Assembly (NCBI GenBank): GCA_963822115.1
Contig: CAWGGM010000009.1
Location: 104,451 to 168,450, forward strand
Length of the DNA: 64,000 nucleotides
From: an uncultured Pseudomonadota bacterium
GTDB taxonomy: Bacteria > Myxococcota_A > Polyangia > Polyangiales > Polyangiaceae
Reading direction: 5' to 3'
The first letter of the stretch is position 1. Each line of letters opens with the position of its first letter. Positions 61,533-64,000 of this stretch are shown here, one piece after another. The notes beneath the pieces were generated by a model that was not told the DNA's origin, did no database searches, and saw only the letters and a list, made by a program, of their open reading frames with translations. The translations under genes and the position numbers were made by a program.

Positions 61533-63149
61533 CTACCGCACGTCCTGTCCGATGGCGTGACGCAGCTTGACGTTGGCGATCTTGAGCTCGATGCGCGCGT
61601 TGAGCTGCGCGAGTCGGGCCTGCAACAGGTCCGACTCGGCGTCGATCAGCTCGGTCGTCGTGGCACGGCCGACGCGGTACAGGTCGGTCGCGACGCGATA
61701 CGCTTCGGCCGCGGCTGCCACCGCGCGCTTGCTGGTCTTGACGGCAACCTTGGCCTTCTCGCGCTCGAGATAGTTCGCGGTGACCTCCTGCCGGATGCCG
61801 TCGGACAGCGCCTTGCGCTGCGCCTCGACGGCGCGAGCCTTGGCCTCGAGCTCCGAAGCGGCGGCCGAGTTGACGAAGGTGTCGCCCACCGTCCACGTCG
61901 CCGCGATGCCCACGCTCCAGGTCGCGTCCCAGCGCTGCTGCGGCGGGAAGTAGCGCTGGTTCGGATTCGCATAGGTCACGTTGCCGAAGGCGTCGAGCCG
62001 CGGCAGCTTGCTGACGCCCTGCGCGCTCGAGCCTCTGTGCAGTGCCTTCGCCGTCTCGTCCAGCTCGCGGATCTCGAGGCGGCTGCGCAGCGCCTGGCGC
62101 TCCAGGCCGGGCAGCGTGCCGCTGATCGGCTTGGCCACGGGCGCCAGAACGTCCTCGCCAACGCTGTACTGGCGCGGGGTCTTGTCGCCCATGTAGATGC
62201 CGAGCTGCGCGTCGGTCAGGTGCTGCAGCGTCTCGGCCTGCTTGACCATCAGCTCGGTGTTGGCGACCAGCGCCTCCAGCCGCATCAGGTCGGCTTTGGA
62301 GATGGCACCGAGCGCATACGCCGTCTTGGCGTCCTTGAGCCGCGCCTGGACCTGCTCCAGCGACTTTTCCGCGACGGCGACCTGTCCCTTGGCGCGCAGC
62401 CAGTTGTAGAACAGCACGCGGCCGTCGTTCTGCACCTTGAGCTTCTCGGCGCGCACGGCGAGCTTGGCCGCCCGGCGACTGGCCGACGAAGCGGCCGCGG
62501 CGTGCGACAGCCGGAGGACGTAGTCCGAGATCGGAATGTCGAGGTCGGCCGAGAGCGAGTAGTTGTCCTCGAGGAACTTGATGTCGAACTTGGCAGCGCC
62601 GACCGGCACGCCCTGGGAGTCCAGAACGCACGTCTGCGGCGCGCCGGGAGCGCAGGGCCCCACGCCGAGCGGCCCCGCATTCATCGCGCCGACCAGCGCG
62701 CCCGAGCCGAGACCGGACGAGACGGGCGAGAGCCTGGTGTAGCTCGCCCTGAACGTCAGCTTCGGGAAGAACTGGTACATCGTCTCGTTGGCCTTGTCCT
62801 CGGCGGCCTCGAGCTCGGCCTGCTTCGCGCGCACGGTCGCGCTCGACGCCACCGTGCGCCGCGCGACCTGGTTGGCGGTCAGACCACCGGCCACCGGCGA
62901 CAGCACCTTGAGCGCCGGCCCCGGACGATCGGGCAGCTCGCGCTTCTTGAGCGTGGGTTCGTCGGGCGCGGCAGCGGCCGGCTGGGCCGGCGGAGCTGCC
63001 GGCTTCGCCGCCGCGGGAGGCGCGCCTGGCACCGGCTTCGGCGGCTTCGGCGCGGCAGCGCCCGCCGGGACTGGCTGCGCCGACGCAACCATGGGGAACG
63101 CACACAGCGCCCCCGCACACAACCAGCTGGATAGTGACTTGGCTCTCAC
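61533..63149 (-). CDS. TolC-family outer-membrane efflux protein
   Basis: The GTG at 63149 overlaps the upstream RND stop (GTGA). Signal peptide LCAGALCAFPMVASA. An Ala/Pro linker, then two OEP repeats (LTANQVARRTVASSATVRAKQAELEAA...; ...AESDLLQARLAQLNARIELKIANVKLRHAIG). Confidence 0.85.
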   Translation of the reverse strand: MRAKSLSSWLCAGALCAFPMVASAQPVPAGAAAPKPPKPVPGAPPAAAKPAAPPAQPAAAAPDEPTLKKRELPDRPGPALKVLSPVAGGLTANQVARRTVASSATVRAKQAELEAAEDKANETMYQFFPKLTFRASYTRLSPVSSGLGSGALVGAMNAGPLGVGPCAPGAPQTCVLDSQGVPVGAAKFDIKFLEDNYSLSADLDIPISDYVLRLSHAAAASSASRRAAKLAVRAEKLKVQNDGRVLFYNWLRAKGQVAVAEKSLEQVQARLKDAKTAYALGAISKADLMRLEALVANTELMVKQAETLQHLTDAQLGIYMGDKTPRQYSVGEDVLAPVAKPISGTLPGLERQALRSRLEIRELDETAKALHRGSSAQGVSKLPRLDAFGNVTYANPNQRYFPPQQRWDATWSVGIAATWTVGDTFVNSAAASELEAKARAVEAQRKALSDGIRQEVTANYLEREKAKVAVKTSKRAVAAAAEAYRVATDLYRVGRATTTELIDAESDLLQARLAQLNARIELKIANVKLRHAIGQDVR

Positions 63150-64000
63150 GTGCTCGAGCTCCCGGAAGTTGAAGGTTGGGATGCAGCGGGGGACTCGTGC
63201 CCCTGGCTCTGGCTGATGAGCTTCGCGCTCAGCCAGCGCACAAGCGGGTTGTGGGAGAGGGAATCCATGAACGTGTAGACCACCGGGATCACGACCAGCG
63301 TGAGCAGCGTCGAGGTCAACAGCCCGCCAATCACGCACACCGCCATGGGCGCCCGGGTCTTGCCGCCTTCGCTGAGCGCAAGCGCTACCGGCAGCATGCC
63401 GAAGATCATCGCCGCCGTGGTCATCAGGATGGGCCTGAGCCGGATGATGCCCGCCTCGGTCAGGGCCTCGAACATCTCGAGGCCTCGATCACGCAGCTGG
63501 TTGGCGAAGTCGACGAGCAGGATCGCGTTCTTCGTGACCAGACCCATCAGCATGATGATTCCGATCATCGAGAAGATGTTCAGGGTCATACCGGCCAGGA
63601 ACAGCCCGCCGAACGCTCCCACGACGCTCAGCGGCAGCGAGATCATGATCGTGATCGGCTGCAGGAAGCTGTCGAACTGGGCAGCAAGGATCATGTAGAC
63701 GAGCACCACCGCCAGCCCCAGCGCCAGCATCATGTAGCCGAACGACTCCGTCATGATGTCGGCCATGCCGGCGTAGTCGGTCGTGAGGTTCTTGGGGACG
63801 ATCTGCTTGGCCTTCTGGTCGACGATCTTCTTCGCCTCGCCGAGCGGCATGCCCTGCATGGCGGCCAGCACGGTGATCTGGCGCTGGCGCGCCTGGCGTT
63901 CGATCACGGCCGGTCCTTCGCCGTGGGTCACCTTGACCACGTTGGACAGATCCACGAGCTGCCCGCCGACCGACCGCACCTGCAGGTTGCTGAGCTGCGC
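63146..64000 (-). CDS. 3' portion of an AcrB/HAE1-type RND efflux permease (5' end beyond the window)
   Basis: C-terminal TM bundle with hallmark blocks FDSFLQPITIMISLPLS, GLVTKNAILLVDFAN and RLRPILMTTAAMIFGMLPVAL. The reading frame is open to the window edge. Confidence 0.9.
   Translation of the reverse strand, partial: AQLSNLQVRSVGGQLVDLSNVVKVTHGEGPAVIERQARQRQITVLAAMQGMPLGEAKKIVDQKAKQIVPKNLTTDYAGMADIMTESFGYMMLALGLAVVLVYMILAAQFDSFLQPITIMISLPLSVVGAFGGLFLAGMTLNIFSMIGIIMLMGLVTKNAILLVDFANQLRDRGLEMFEALTEAGIIRLRPILMTTAAMIFGMLPVALALSEGGKTRAPMAVCVIGGLLTSTLLTLVVIPVVYTFMDSLSHNPLVRWLSAKLISQSQGHESPAASQPSTSGSSST

Overview
High-GC (roughly 70%) chromosomal segment. The gene content points to Myxococcota, probably a Sorangiineae/Polyangia-like organism: an MglA motility GTPase, an ECF sigma/anti-sigma/HtrA module, many lipoproteins, PAS/GAF two-component proteins and giant cysteine-rich repeat lipoproteins. 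I support about 55 protein-coding genes, mostly housekeeping or envelope functions: selA, acnA, glpAB, ctpA, trxC, ClC channel, Na+/H+ antiporter, and an RND/TolC/MMPL efflux set. I saw no rRNA, tRNA, CRISPR array, transposase or integrase. Many long ORFs in the six-frame track are high-GC artefacts (antisense or out-of-frame, Arg/Ala-rich) and are not reported. Start codons are uncertain in several genes because GTG and TTG starts are common; 4-nt ATGA/GTGA stop-start overlaps helped fix several of them. The points most worth a second look are: (1) three paralogous, very large Cys-rich repeat lipoproteins flanking selA, one with a perfect 162-bp tandem duplication; (2) a LarA-like (nickel-pincer racemase family) gene next to a domain-permuted aconitase-family hydro-lyase, at the head of a long, tightly packed, largely translationally coupled gene string; (3) a ~300-bp non-coding array of GGGGA motifs with 21-bp phasing, mirrored around a 16-bp palindrome, just upstream of a vapBC-like toxin-antitoxin pair; (4) a 51-bp hairpin-bearing tandem repeat in a 640-bp intergenic gap; (5) mglA coupled to a TerB-like gene instead of mglB; (6) three otherwise intact genes each interrupted by what looks like a single-base insertion (real pseudogenes or sequence errors). 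All family assignments come from motif recognition by eye and memory, not from database searches.
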